The notes under the pieces: generated by a model
The model's database searches: none
What the model saw: the letters and a program-made list of their open reading frames with translations, nothing else
Told to the model about the DNA's origin: nothing
NCBI GenBank assembly: GCA_942493095.1
Contig: OW818675.1
Span: 780,001 to 812,000, forward strand
DNA from: Candidatus Electronema halotolerans
Lineage (GTDB): Bacteria; Desulfobacterota; Desulfobulbia; Desulfobulbales; Desulfobulbaceae
Direction of reading: 5' to 3'
Length of the DNA stretch: 32,000 nt
In this document: piece after piece, positions 9,896 to 17,748 of the stretch
Layout: every line of letters begins with the position of its first letter
How positions within the stretch are numbered: the first letter of the stretch is position 1
Program-made: the position numbers and the translations under genes

Positions 9896-11195
9896 CAGCT
9901 GCGTTGTGGGAACCCGGCACAAAATAATCAATGGCGATAGTCGGCAGATGAATTTGCTGCCTGACGAATCGGTGCATCTGATCGTCACTTCGCCGCCCTA
10001 CTGGCAGCTTAAAGATTATGGCACGGAAGAACAGATCGGCTATAACGAGAGTTATGAAAGCTATATCAACAATCTAAATTTAGTCTGGAATGAGTGTCAT
10101 CGGGTTCTCCATCCCGGATGCAGGCTCTGCATCAACATTGGCGACCAGTTTGCCCGCGCAGTCTATTATGGCCGCTATAAAATAATTCCAATCCGCACGG
10201 AAATCATCAAATTCTGTGAGACTGTCGGCTTTGATTACATGGGAGCCATTATTTGGCAAAAGGCAACCACGACAAACACCACTGGCGGAGCTGTCATTAT
10301 GGGCAGTTTTCCCTATCCACGCAACGGCATTGTCAAAATTGACTATGAATTTATTCTGATCTTCAAAAAGCAGGGCAATGCACCTAAGCCAAGTCAAGAG
10401 CAGAAAGAGCGTTCCGTCCTCAGCAAGGAAGAATGGAACACCTGTTTTGCCGGTCATTGGAATTTTGCCGGGGCAAAACAAGATGGACATCTTGCCATGT
10501 TTCCTGAAGAACTGCCTGCCAGATTGATAAAAATGTTCAGTTTTGCCGAGGAAACAGTCTTGGACCCTTTTCTCGGCAGCGGCACCACTTCATTGGCGGC
10601 AAGAAATCTGCGGCGAAACTCAGTTGGCTATGAAATAAATCCTCAATTTATCGAGATCGTAAAACAGAAGCTGAATGTTTGCCAAAGCGATCTTGCCGGA
10701 ACTGAATACGAATTTCTCAACGATGAAGCAGCAGTCAATGCAAAAGAGAAAGTTGATAGTCTGCCGTATATCTTCCGTGATCCGCATACGCTGAACACAA
10801 AGATTGATCAGAAAAAACTTCAGTTTGGCTCAAAGATTGATCAGAACAGCGGCGAGCGGGAGGAATATTTTTCTGTCAAGGAAGTGATCAGTCCTGAATT
10901 GTTGAAATTAGACAATAACTTGACTGTCCGGCTGATTGGGATTAAAGAGAATCCGGCAACACGGGCGGAAGCTGTCAGTTTTCTTGTTGAAAAAACAAAG
11001 CGGCAGAAGGTGTTCATGAAGTTTGACAGCAGCAAATACGATGACAACAATAATTTGCTTTGTTATTTGTATTTGAAAAATAAAACATTTATCAATGCGC
11101 ACCTTCTGAAGCAGGGGCTTGCTGGTGTCAGTGCGGATGATGATTTTAAATACAAGAAAAAATTTATAAAAATTACAGAGCAGCTCAATGGATAG
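9888..11195 (+). CDS. Site-specific DNA methyltransferase (beta-class, likely N4-cytosine type) with a C-terminal SNase-like extension
   Basis: ORF track gives 9834..11195, but 9834 lies inside gmd; the conserved fold begins at [14 protein letters not shown], so the likely start is TTG 9888 or GTG 9906. Motifs [46 protein letters not shown]. Confidence 0.88.
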   Translation: MSNSCVVGTRHKIINGDSRQMNLLPDESVHLIVTSPPYWQLKDYGTEEQIGYNESYESYINNLNLVWNECHRVLHPGCRLCINIGDQFARAVYYGRYKIIPIRTEIIKFCETVGFDYMGAIIWQKATTTNTTGGAVIMGSFPYPRNGIVKIDYEFILIFKKQGNAPKPSQEQKERSVLSKEEWNTCFAGHWNFAGAKQDGHLAMFPEELPARLIKMFSFAEETVLDPFLGSGTTSLAARNLRRNSVGYEINPQFIEIVKQKLNVCQSDLAGTEYEFLNDEAAVNAKEKVDSLPYIFRDPHTLNTKIDQKKLQFGSKIDQNSGEREEYFSVKEVISPELLKLDNNLTVRLIGIKENPATRAEAVSFLVEKTKRQKVFMKFDSSKYDDNNNLLCYLYLKNKTFINAHLLKQGLAGVSADDDFKYKKKFIKITEQLNG

Positions 11196-11898
11196 ACCGA
11201 AAAAATATTCGCTGGACTTTGGCAAGAAAGAAAAAGTCTTAAATTACACCTGCCAAACCTATCAGCTATCGAGACCAAAAAAAGTTGGTGCAGTCATGGC
11301 ATTGATCAGAGAATGCCAGCCAGCAACGTTGCAGGAATGGGAAGAATGGTATTTTCAGAATGCTTGTGCCGCCGATAAGAATAAGACCAAAATAACAAAT
11401 GATTTGTTGCATGAGCTTGGCGAAAGGCTCTATGATAAAGTTACAAAAGTTGTCATTCCTGAATGGCGGGAAGCATTCAGCCAGCTCACCCTGCAAGACT
11501 GTATTGATTATATTTACAATCTCACCATCAACAGAACCTTTGACGGATTTTTGCGGGAAAAATCTGTCGTGCATAATGGCTTGGCCAAACATTTCCCGCA
11601 ATTGACCTTTGAAGAAAGTGACCCTGAGCTTGACCACTCCGGTGATGTTGATTACATCGCCAAAGTCGGCAGCAAGGCATTTGGCCTGCAAATCAAACCG
11701 GTCACAGCTAAGGCAAATTTCGGCAATTACTCACCCAGCGAGCGGATGAAGGCGAGTTTTCAAGAATTTGAGGAAGAATACGGCGGCAAAGTCTTCATCA
11801 TTTTCAGCTTGGACGGAGAAGTTGCCAACAAGGATGTTCTCGATGAAATCAAAAAGGAGATAGAGCGGTTAAGCAGATTGCAGCAGTCTGCCAGATGA
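11188..11898 (+). CDS. MjaI-like type II restriction endonuclease
   Basis: 236 aa; NYTCQTYQLSRPKKVGAVMALIRECQPATLQEWEEWYF, DYIYNLTINRTFDGF; overlaps the methyltransferase 3' end by 8 bp. Confidence 0.75.
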   Translation: MDRPKKYSLDFGKKEKVLNYTCQTYQLSRPKKVGAVMALIRECQPATLQEWEEWYFQNACAADKNKTKITNDLLHELGERLYDKVTKVVIPEWREAFSQLTLQDCIDYIYNLTINRTFDGFLREKSVVHNGLAKHFPQLTFEESDPELDHSGDVDYIAKVGSKAFGLQIKPVTAKANFGNYSPSERMKASFQEFEEEYGGKVFIIFSLDGEVANKDVLDEIKKEIERLSRLQQSAR

Positions 11899-11910
11899 AA
11901 AAATTGCGAA

Positions 11911-12166
11911 TTCAAGTTCCAAGTGCAACTTTTCAGCAGACTCCTGAAAACAGCTTTTTCAGCTGTGCTGAATCCTAAAAATTTTCGTAACCTGACACTG
12001 TTTTTTCGTAAAAACGGTTATGGCTTGTCTGCCTTAACCAATGAATCTGACAGCGTTTCGATGAGCTGTGTGCGCTTCTCATTCACGCACCTCTTACAGG
12101 ATGGCAAGAATTCTGTAAGAACGCGCTTTTTTCCTGCCTCGGAAAAAGTTGCATTTGGAACTTTAA
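11911..12166 (+). repeat. Imperfect inverted-repeat-bounded segment (MITE-like or structured element)
   Basis: Left arm AAGTTCCAAGTGCAACTTTT (11914-11933), right arm AAAAGTTGCATTTGGAACTT (12144-12163), 19/20 complementary; internal hairpin TCTTACAG...CTGTAAGA. Confidence 0.45.
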
Positions 12167-12208
12167 TCTACATTTTTGCAGCGATTTCAATGTATTTTCA
12201 ACCCATTC

Positions 12209-13012
12209 TCACACCTCACCATTGCCCATCTTGCAGCTCACTTGCAGGCAGCCGGTGAAGGCATCCTGCCGCACCTGCGCCTGCACCCCATAGACCTCAT
12301 GAATGACCTCTGGGCGCAGCACCGCCTCAGTCTCCCCGCAGCAGACCACCTGCCCATGCTTGAGGAAGAGCAGCTCGTCGCAGAACAGTCCGGCCAAATT
12401 GAGGTCATGCAGGGCCGCGACCACGGTCAGGCCCTGCTCATCCACCCGGCGGCGGAGCAGGCTGAGGATGGCTAACGAGTGGCGGATGTCCAAGTTGGAG
12501 GTGGCCTCATCCAAGAGCAGGGCTTCCGGCTCTTGGACCAAGGCGCGGGCAGCGGCAACCCGCTGCTTCTCGCCGCCGGAAAGCTGCGTCACTGGCCGTT
12601 CGGCCAGCCCAGCCACGCCCATCTCCGTCATCACCGCATCTGCCAAGGCATAGTCCTGCGCGGTCATTGAGGCCAGCCTGCCCAAGTGAGGGTGGCGGCC
12701 CATCTCCACAGCCTCGCGCACAGAGAAGTCAAAGCGGAGGGCAAAGTCCTGCGGCACCAAGGCCACCCGGCGGGCAAGCTGACGGCGGCTCCACTGCCGG
12801 AGCGGCTGGCCACGATAGGTCAGCGTGCCGCTGTCCGGCTCCAGCAGGCCGCAGAGCAGATCAAGCAGGGTGGTCTTGCCGCTGCCGTTCGGGCCAAGGA
12901 TGCCGCACCAGCGGCCCGGCCTGATCGTCAGACTGATTGCATCCAGCACCGAGCGGCTGCTGCGGGCCAGGCTCACGTCCTCAAGCTGCCAGAGCAGGTC
13001 AGAAGCCGCCAT
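12209..13012 (-). CDS. FecE/BtuD-type iron-chelate/cobalamin ABC transporter ATP-binding protein
   Basis: 267 aa; Walker A GILGPNGSGKTTLLDLL, signature QLSGGEKQRVAAARALVQEPEALLLDEATSNLD. Confidence 0.92.
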   Translation of the reverse strand: MAASDLLWQLEDVSLARSSRSVLDAISLTIRPGRWCGILGPNGSGKTTLLDLLCGLLEPDSGTLTYRGQPLRQWSRRQLARRVALVPQDFALRFDFSVREAVEMGRHPHLGRLASMTAQDYALADAVMTEMGVAGLAERPVTQLSGGEKQRVAAARALVQEPEALLLDEATSNLDIRHSLAILSLLRRRVDEQGLTVVAALHDLNLAGLFCDELLFLKHGQVVCCGETEAVLRPEVIHEVYGVQAQVRQDAFTGCLQVSCKMGNGEV

Positions 13013-14036
13013 TGTCCTGCTGCCGCCGCTTGAAGATGCAGGCGAAAAAGGGGCCGCCGATCAGCGAGGTCAGCACCCCAATGGGCACTTCCGCAGGCAG
13101 CACGGCCCTAGTCAGGGTGTCAGCACAGAGGAGGAGGAGGCCGCCGCCAAGAAAGGATAGCACGATCAGGCGGCGGTTGTCCGGGCCTGCCAGATGGCGG
13201 AGCAGATGCGGGGCGACTAAGCCGACAAAGCCGATGATCCCGGACACGGCCACGCAGAGGGCGGTCATCAGGGAGCAGGTGAGAAGGAGGGTCCAGCGCA
13301 GGCGGGCCGTATTTACGCCCAGTGAGGCAGCGGCCCGTTCACCTGCGGCCATGATGTTGAGATCGCGGCTGAAGAGCAGGCAGATTGCGGAACCGGCTGC
13401 GGCTGCCGGAGCGAGCAGGAGCAAATCCTGCCGGGAGGCACTGGACAGGGAACCCATGAGCCAGAAGATGATGATGCTGACCTGCTCGTCTGCCAGGAAC
13501 TTGAGGAAGCCGATGGCGGCGGAGAGGATGGCCGCGACAATCACCCCGGAGAGAATCAGGCTGGACGAGGAAAGCCGCCGGTCGCCAGCAGCTAAGGTCA
13601 GCACTGCCATCAGGGCGGCAATGCTGCCGATAAAGGCGAAGATCGGCACAGAGACGCTCTGCGGCAGGGCCAAGCCTGCCACTTGCAGGACTATGGCCAA
13701 CGAGGCTCCAAAGGCTGCGCCGGACGAGACCCCCAAGGTGTAGGGATCAGCAAGGGGATTGAGGAGGATGGCTTGAAAGACTGTGCCGCAGACTGCCAAC
13801 ATGCCGCCCACCAGCACTGCCGCGACAATCCGGGGCAGGCGCACATCCAGCACTACGGCCACGACTGCCGAATCAAGCCCGGCCCCAAGTGAGGGAAAAC
13901 AGCGGCTGCCGACTGCCTTGGCCACAGACTGGACTGGGATGTTCATGAAGCCCATGCCTGCGGCGGTCAGCATGGCGGTCAGCAGCAGGAGCAGCAACGC
14001 CCCTGCTGCCCACGGAAAGCCGAGCCGGGCGGCCAT
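12999..14036 (-). CDS. FecCD/BtuC-family ABC transporter permease
   Basis: 345 aa; DVRLPRIVAAVLVGGMLAVCGTVFQAILLNPLADPYTLGVSSGAAFGASLAI; GFVGLVAPHLLRHLAGPDNR. Confidence 0.93.
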   Translation of the reverse strand: MAARLGFPWAAGALLLLLLTAMLTAAGMGFMNIPVQSVAKAVGSRCFPSLGAGLDSAVVAVVLDVRLPRIVAAVLVGGMLAVCGTVFQAILLNPLADPYTLGVSSGAAFGASLAIVLQVAGLALPQSVSVPIFAFIGSIAALMAVLTLAAGDRRLSSSSLILSGVIVAAILSAAIGFLKFLADEQVSIIIFWLMGSLSSASRQDLLLLAPAAAAGSAICLLFSRDLNIMAAGERAAASLGVNTARLRWTLLLTCSLMTALCVAVSGIIGFVGLVAPHLLRHLAGPDNRRLIVLSFLGGGLLLLCADTLTRAVLPAEVPIGVLTSLIGGPFFACIFKRRQQDNGGF

Positions 14037-14038
14037 CC

Positions 14039-15034
14039 TTATTTCAGAGTGATGCCCGCATCTGCGGCTGCGTCCTCGGCATGACGGACAAACAGCTCGG
14101 CAAAGGCATCGATCTCGCCCAGCCCCTGCTCCACGGTAATCACCTCAAAGCCGTTCTTCTCCATGATCGTCTTCCAAGACTCCTCTTTCGGGTCGGTGCC
14201 AGCCATGTCATTCATGGCATGATCACCAGCCACGATCATGCAGGGCTTGAGCACCACCTTCTTGACCCCGAACCGCTTCATCTTGTCCATCACGTCCTCA
14301 AGGGCAGGAAAGCCCTCGACCGTGCCGATCAGGGTCACCACATCCGGGTACAGGGCGCGCATCTGGTCGGCCAGCTCCAAGTACGAGCCGCCGGAAGGAA
14401 AATGCTCATTGCCGTGGCCCATATAGACCAAGGCCGCCTTTTCCTGCCGGGCCAGTTCTGCGTCTGCTGCCAAGGCTTTGGCCGCCTCCATCACATCCTC
14501 GCTGTATGGATGGGCGATGCCGTAGGTTCCCAAGGCCGGGCGGCCCAGCACCACCTTGTGAAAGGGCTTGTATTTCTTCTTCTTGATCGTGCCCATGCGC
14601 AGCAGACTATCTACATACGTGCCAAGATCAAGGTATTCCTCGCCCATCGCAATATGGGTCGGCTGAAGGACGATGGTGTCATAGCCCTGATCCTGAAGAT
14701 CGGCAATGGTGGCCAGCACGGTCTTGACGTGCAGCACTTCCGCTGGAATCTCAGGATGGGCTTTGACATACTCAGAGTCAGCAGACCGCTTGCGCCATTT
14801 CTTACGGATGATGTTGGAGGTGAAGCCGATCCGCACCGGTGTTTCCGGGAATTTCTCCATAATCTTAGCCCGGATGTTGAGCAGCCCCTTCAAGCCCGAC
14901 TCAACTGTGGTGCCGAACATGGCCAAGACAATGGCGTTCTTATGCTCCACCTTCCATTTCTCCCCTTCCGCAGCCTGTCCAGCCGCCGCATTGACAAGCA
15001 GCAGCATGGTCAGAATCAACACGTTCAGTTTCAT
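14039..15034 (-). CDS. cbiK: Sirohydrochlorin cobaltochelatase CbiK, exported (CbiK-P-like)
   Basis: From internal MKLNVLILTMLLLVNAAAGQAAEG (signal peptide) then KNAIVLAMFGTTVESGLKGLLNIRAKI...PTHIAMGEEY...YMGHGNEH...MIVAGDHAMNDMAG. Confidence 0.9.
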   Translation of the reverse strand: MKLNVLILTMLLLVNAAAGQAAEGEKWKVEHKNAIVLAMFGTTVESGLKGLLNIRAKIMEKFPETPVRIGFTSNIIRKKWRKRSADSEYVKAHPEIPAEVLHVKTVLATIADLQDQGYDTIVLQPTHIAMGEEYLDLGTYVDSLLRMGTIKKKKYKPFHKVVLGRPALGTYGIAHPYSEDVMEAAKALAADAELARQEKAALVYMGHGNEHFPSGGSYLELADQMRALYPDVVTLIGTVEGFPALEDVMDKMKRFGVKKVVLKPCMIVAGDHAMNDMAGTDPKEESWKTIMEKNGFEVITVEQGLGEIDAFAELFVRHAEDAAADAGITLK

Positions 15035-15169
15035 GGCAGACTCCTTTCCTGCGATCCGGGAACAAGGCATAAAAAAATCCCGGATCAATTGCATAATTGA
15101 CCCAGGATGCCCATTCTGGCCCGGATGCCTGTTCCTCCCCCTTTGCCGAGAGGGGCGGAACACCTTGTT

Positions 15170-15332
15170 CAGGCAGGTTTTCTGACTTCCGGCTCTTCCT
15201 CTGCCGCGCCTTCCCATCCCAAAACGGACAGTGACATCATGCGGCTTTGTCCCCGGTCACAGCAGCGGGCCTGTCCCGGATTCGCACCGGGTTCCCTTTT
15301 CATCCGCCCGCAGGCAGACACCTGAAACAGGC
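15170..15332 (-). promoter_or_regulatory. Cobalamin (B12) riboswitch upstream of cbiK
   Basis: Minus strand: CAGGTGTCTGCC...GAAAAGGGAACCCGGTGCGAATCCGGGACAGGCCCGCTGCTGTGACCGGGGA...GCCGGAAGTCAGAAAACCTGCC, a classic B12-box arrangement. Confidence 0.95.
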
Positions 15333-15380
15333 GCACTTTAGCCTGCCAAGGCTGCAACGTCAAGGGAGAAGAGAATATTA

Positions 15381-16451
15381 TTACATGCCCATGCTTGGCA
15401 TCATACCCATACCGCCGCCCATCATACCACCCATGCTCGGCATCATCCCCATGCCGCCGCCCATCATGCTCATGTTCGGCATGCCCATACCCATTCCTGG
15501 CATCATCCCCATGCCGCTGGAAGACATGTCATCGCTGTAACCGCCCCCCATACTACTTCTAGGGAAGGGAAAGTTAGGATTATTCATGATGCCCTGCTGC
15601 ATGTACTGCATCTGTCGTGGGATAATTGATTGACTAACATACGGAGCCATGTTCGGCATCATCGCACTCTGGAATCGGCTGGGGAAGTTCCACGGCTGAA
15701 TCTGGCTGATCATACTCTGTATTGCCCCTGGCTGAACCACGGGCATAAACATCCTCTGACCCATCCGAGAAATATCGTTTATCCGGTTTCCCATAATCTG
15801 ATTTCGGATGTTATTTCTCATCTGATAAATCGGAGACATGCTGTTCGACATGCCCTGATTAAGTTGGTTCAGGTTTTGATTAGCCATAGCCATAGCCCCA
15901 TACTGCTGCTGCTGTTGCGGCAAATTCCGAACACCCTGCCAGACCACCCGACGAAGATCAACTGTTGGCATGAGACTGCTGCTGGAACCGCTTGACGGAT
16001 AGCTGCTGCCCATGCCCATGCTTGGCATCATGCCCATACCGCCGCTCATGCCGCCCATCATCCCCATGCTGCTGCTTGGCATCATGCCCATACCGCCGCT
16101 CATGCCGCCCATCCCCATGCTGCTGCTTGGCATCATGCCCATACCGCCGCTCATGCTGCCCATCCCCATGCTGCTGCTTGGCATCATGCCCATACCGCCG
16201 CTCATGCTGCCCATCCCCATGCTGCTGCTTGGCATCATGCCGTTTCCGGCATAGGTGCTGGCCAGCATGTTGGGATTGACCGGCATGGTGAAACCGCTGG
16301 ACATTCCTGCGGAGGAATTGTTCATGCCCATCTGGCCATTGTCGTAGGAATACGAACTCATATCGTTCGGGTCCTCCCATCCGCCCGCCCATACTGACGA
16401 CGCGGCCAAGCAGACAAGAGCTGTTCCCAACACCACACTGACTTTTTTCAT
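15381..16451 (-). CDS. Exported Met/Gly/Ser/Gln/Asn-rich repeat protein A, function unknown
   Basis: 356 aa; signal peptide MKKVSVVLGTALVCLAASSVWAGG; repeats of GMMPSSSMGMGSMSGGM; core PTVDLRRVVWQGVRNLP...IQPWNFPSRFQSAMMP...RQMQYMQQGIMNNPNFP. Confidence 0.85.
   Translation of the reverse strand: MKKVSVVLGTALVCLAASSVWAGGWEDPNDMSSYSYDNGQMGMNNSSAGMSSGFTMPVNPNMLASTYAGNGMMPSSSMGMGSMSGGMGMMPSSSMGMGSMSGGMGMMPSSSMGMGGMSGGMGMMPSSSMGMMGGMSGGMGMMPSMGMGSSYPSSGSSSSLMPTVDLRRVVWQGVRNLPQQQQQYGAMAMANQNLNQLNQGMSNSMSPIYQMRNNIRNQIMGNRINDISRMGQRMFMPVVQPGAIQSMISQIQPWNFPSRFQSAMMPNMAPYVSQSIIPRQMQYMQQGIMNNPNFPFPRSSMGGGYSDDMSSSGMGMMPGMGMGMPNMSMMGGGMGMMPSMGGMMGGGMGMMPSMGM
16008..16241 (-). repeat. 51-bp tandem repeat array inside the Met-rich ORF (about four units plus a partial)
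   Basis: Unit on + strand CCGCTCATGCYGCCCATCCCCATGCTGCTGCTTGGCATCATGCCCATA encoding the 17-aa unit GMMPSSSMGMGSMSGGM; in-frame. Confidence 0.85.
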
Positions 16452-16571
16452 TTTCTCTCCTCACATTAGCTGAATGCACCTGCTTCCTCTCAACAGTTAA
16501 TAGAGTAGCAAGTCCAGCGTGATTTGTAAAATTATTTTCTGGCAAATATACCCAATGCTGCGGCCTGCAAG

Positions 16572-16606
16572 AAAAAAGCCGGGGATGCGTTCCACATCTC
16601 CCGGCT
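16572..16606 (-). terminator. Rho-independent terminator between the two Met-rich genes
   Basis: Minus strand AGCCGGGAGATG-tggaacg-CATCCCCGGCT TTTTTTC: 11-bp stem with a one-base bulge and a T-run. Confidence 0.75.
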
Positions 16607-16643
16607 CTGATTCATCCTCCGGCAGGAGGAAGGCGATGAGTTC

Positions 16644-17537
16644 TTACTTCTTCATCATATTCATGGGGAAGTTGGAGTTCATGATGCCATCCTGCATATA
16701 CTGCATCTGCTCCTTCTGGATTCCGCCGCTCATGCTTGGCATTCCCGGCATTCCCGGAATATTCGGAAACTCAGCATTGCCGATGCCTTCCTGCATGAAG
16801 TTGATCTGCGGCATTTTGATCTGGCCGCTGACTTGCTCAACAACTTTGGGCATCATCTGGTTCTTGAAGCGGTTGGGCAGTTCCCACGGACGGATGTTGC
16901 CGATGATGGTCTGCACCATATTCGGCTGGATGTTGCTCCGGTACAGGTTTGGTGCCATGGAAGAAATATTTTTGTACCGGTCCGTCATGATCGTATTCCG
17001 AACCTGGTTTCTGATCTGATTGGCTGCAGCTGCGCCTTGCTGCATCATGGACAGATTTTGCTGCGTCAGCTGATCAGCAATTTGAGTGCGCTGCTGATTC
17101 GGCATATTGCCGACAGCCTGCTCAATCATCTTGCGGATATCCAACGTCGGCGCAGGAGAAGACAGAGCCTGCTGATCAGCAGTCGGCTGCCAGAGATTGT
17201 CCATACCGACATTAGCAGAGACCTGCTGGCTGACTCCTGACATCATGGCGTTTGCCATGCCAGCGGCAATGCTGGCTCCCATGTTGCCCATGCTGTTGTT
17301 GGCCATGCCGCTCGGCATGCTTGGCATGCTTGGCATGGCACTTGCGCTGCCTCCCATCTGATTCTGGACATTGCCCATCATCTGATTCTGCATGCTGGAC
17401 GACATCTGATTGGCCATGTTGCTCATCATCTGATTCTGCATGTCCTGAATGGACGTGCCTGCCGCCGCTGCTGAACTGGCAAAACCAGCTAAAGCCAGCC
17501 CGATTCCCAACGTGAAACCAATAACAGCCTTTTTCAT
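16644..17537 (-). CDS. Exported Met/Asn/Gln-rich protein B, paralog of the 15381..16451 product
   Basis: 297 aa; signal peptide MKKAVIGFTLGIGLALAGFASSAAAAG; NQMMSNMANQMSSSMQNQMMGNVQNQM; core PTLDIRKMIEQAVGNMP...IRPWELPNRFKNQMMP; C-terminal MQYMQDGIMNSNFP; SD AGGAGGAGG upstream. Confidence 0.85.
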   Translation of the reverse strand: MKKAVIGFTLGIGLALAGFASSAAAAGTSIQDMQNQMMSNMANQMSSSMQNQMMGNVQNQMGGSASAMPSMPSMPSGMANNSMGNMGASIAAGMANAMMSGVSQQVSANVGMDNLWQPTADQQALSSPAPTLDIRKMIEQAVGNMPNQQRTQIADQLTQQNLSMMQQGAAAANQIRNQVRNTIMTDRYKNISSMAPNLYRSNIQPNMVQTIIGNIRPWELPNRFKNQMMPKVVEQVSGQIKMPQINFMQEGIGNAEFPNIPGMPGMPSMSGGIQKEQMQYMQDGIMNSNFPMNMMKK

Positions 17538-17628
17538 TTTCCTCCTCCTCTTGTTTAAGCAACAACCGTCTGCCCTGCGCGGACGGAATCCTGCATATAT
17601 ATCAGCTCCGAATCCTCTTCACGCATGT

Positions 17629-17657
17629 ACGATAGCGCGTTATATATCTTTTTGCAA
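17629..17657 (-). promoter_or_regulatory. Putative promoter for Met-rich gene B
   Basis: Minus strand TTGCAA - 17 bp - TATCGT, about 90 bp upstream of the start codon. Confidence 0.3.
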
Positions 17658-17748
17658 GAGTTTTACGCAGCGTGTACAATTTTTTTTACCCGCTGCGCGG
17701 CTGCGGCACTTGCCTCCTCTCCATTTTTATTGTCATTGCAACCTGTTT

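Noticed and set aside
11923-12258. 111-aa plus ORF MQLFSRLLKTAFSAVLNPKNFRN...
   Set aside because: Lies across the inverted-repeat element and has no recognisable domain; more likely non-coding
12937-13743. 268-aa plus-strand ORF (and 12686..13033, 12825..13160)
   Set aside because: Antisense to the ABC permease/ATPase; low-complexity Arg/Pro/Ala composition typical of shadow ORFs
14081-15100. 339-aa plus-strand ORF
   Set aside because: Antisense shadow of cbiK; no recognisable motif
15035-15217. N-terminal 61-aa extension of the 392-aa CbiK ORF
   Set aside because: It overlaps the cobalamin riboswitch; the signal-peptide-bearing internal Met at about 15034 is the credible start
16008-16241. 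Possible CRISPR array
   Set aside because: Repeats are directly abutting 51-bp units without unique spacers and lie in-frame in a coding gene
15958-16545. 195-aa minus ORF with QQHGDGQHERRYGHDAK repeats, and plus-strand ORFs 15992..16279, 16012..16254 and 15247..15540
   Set aside because: Shadow frames of the 51-bp Met-rich repeat; only the 15381..16451 frame has a signal peptide and a core shared with the neighbouring paralog
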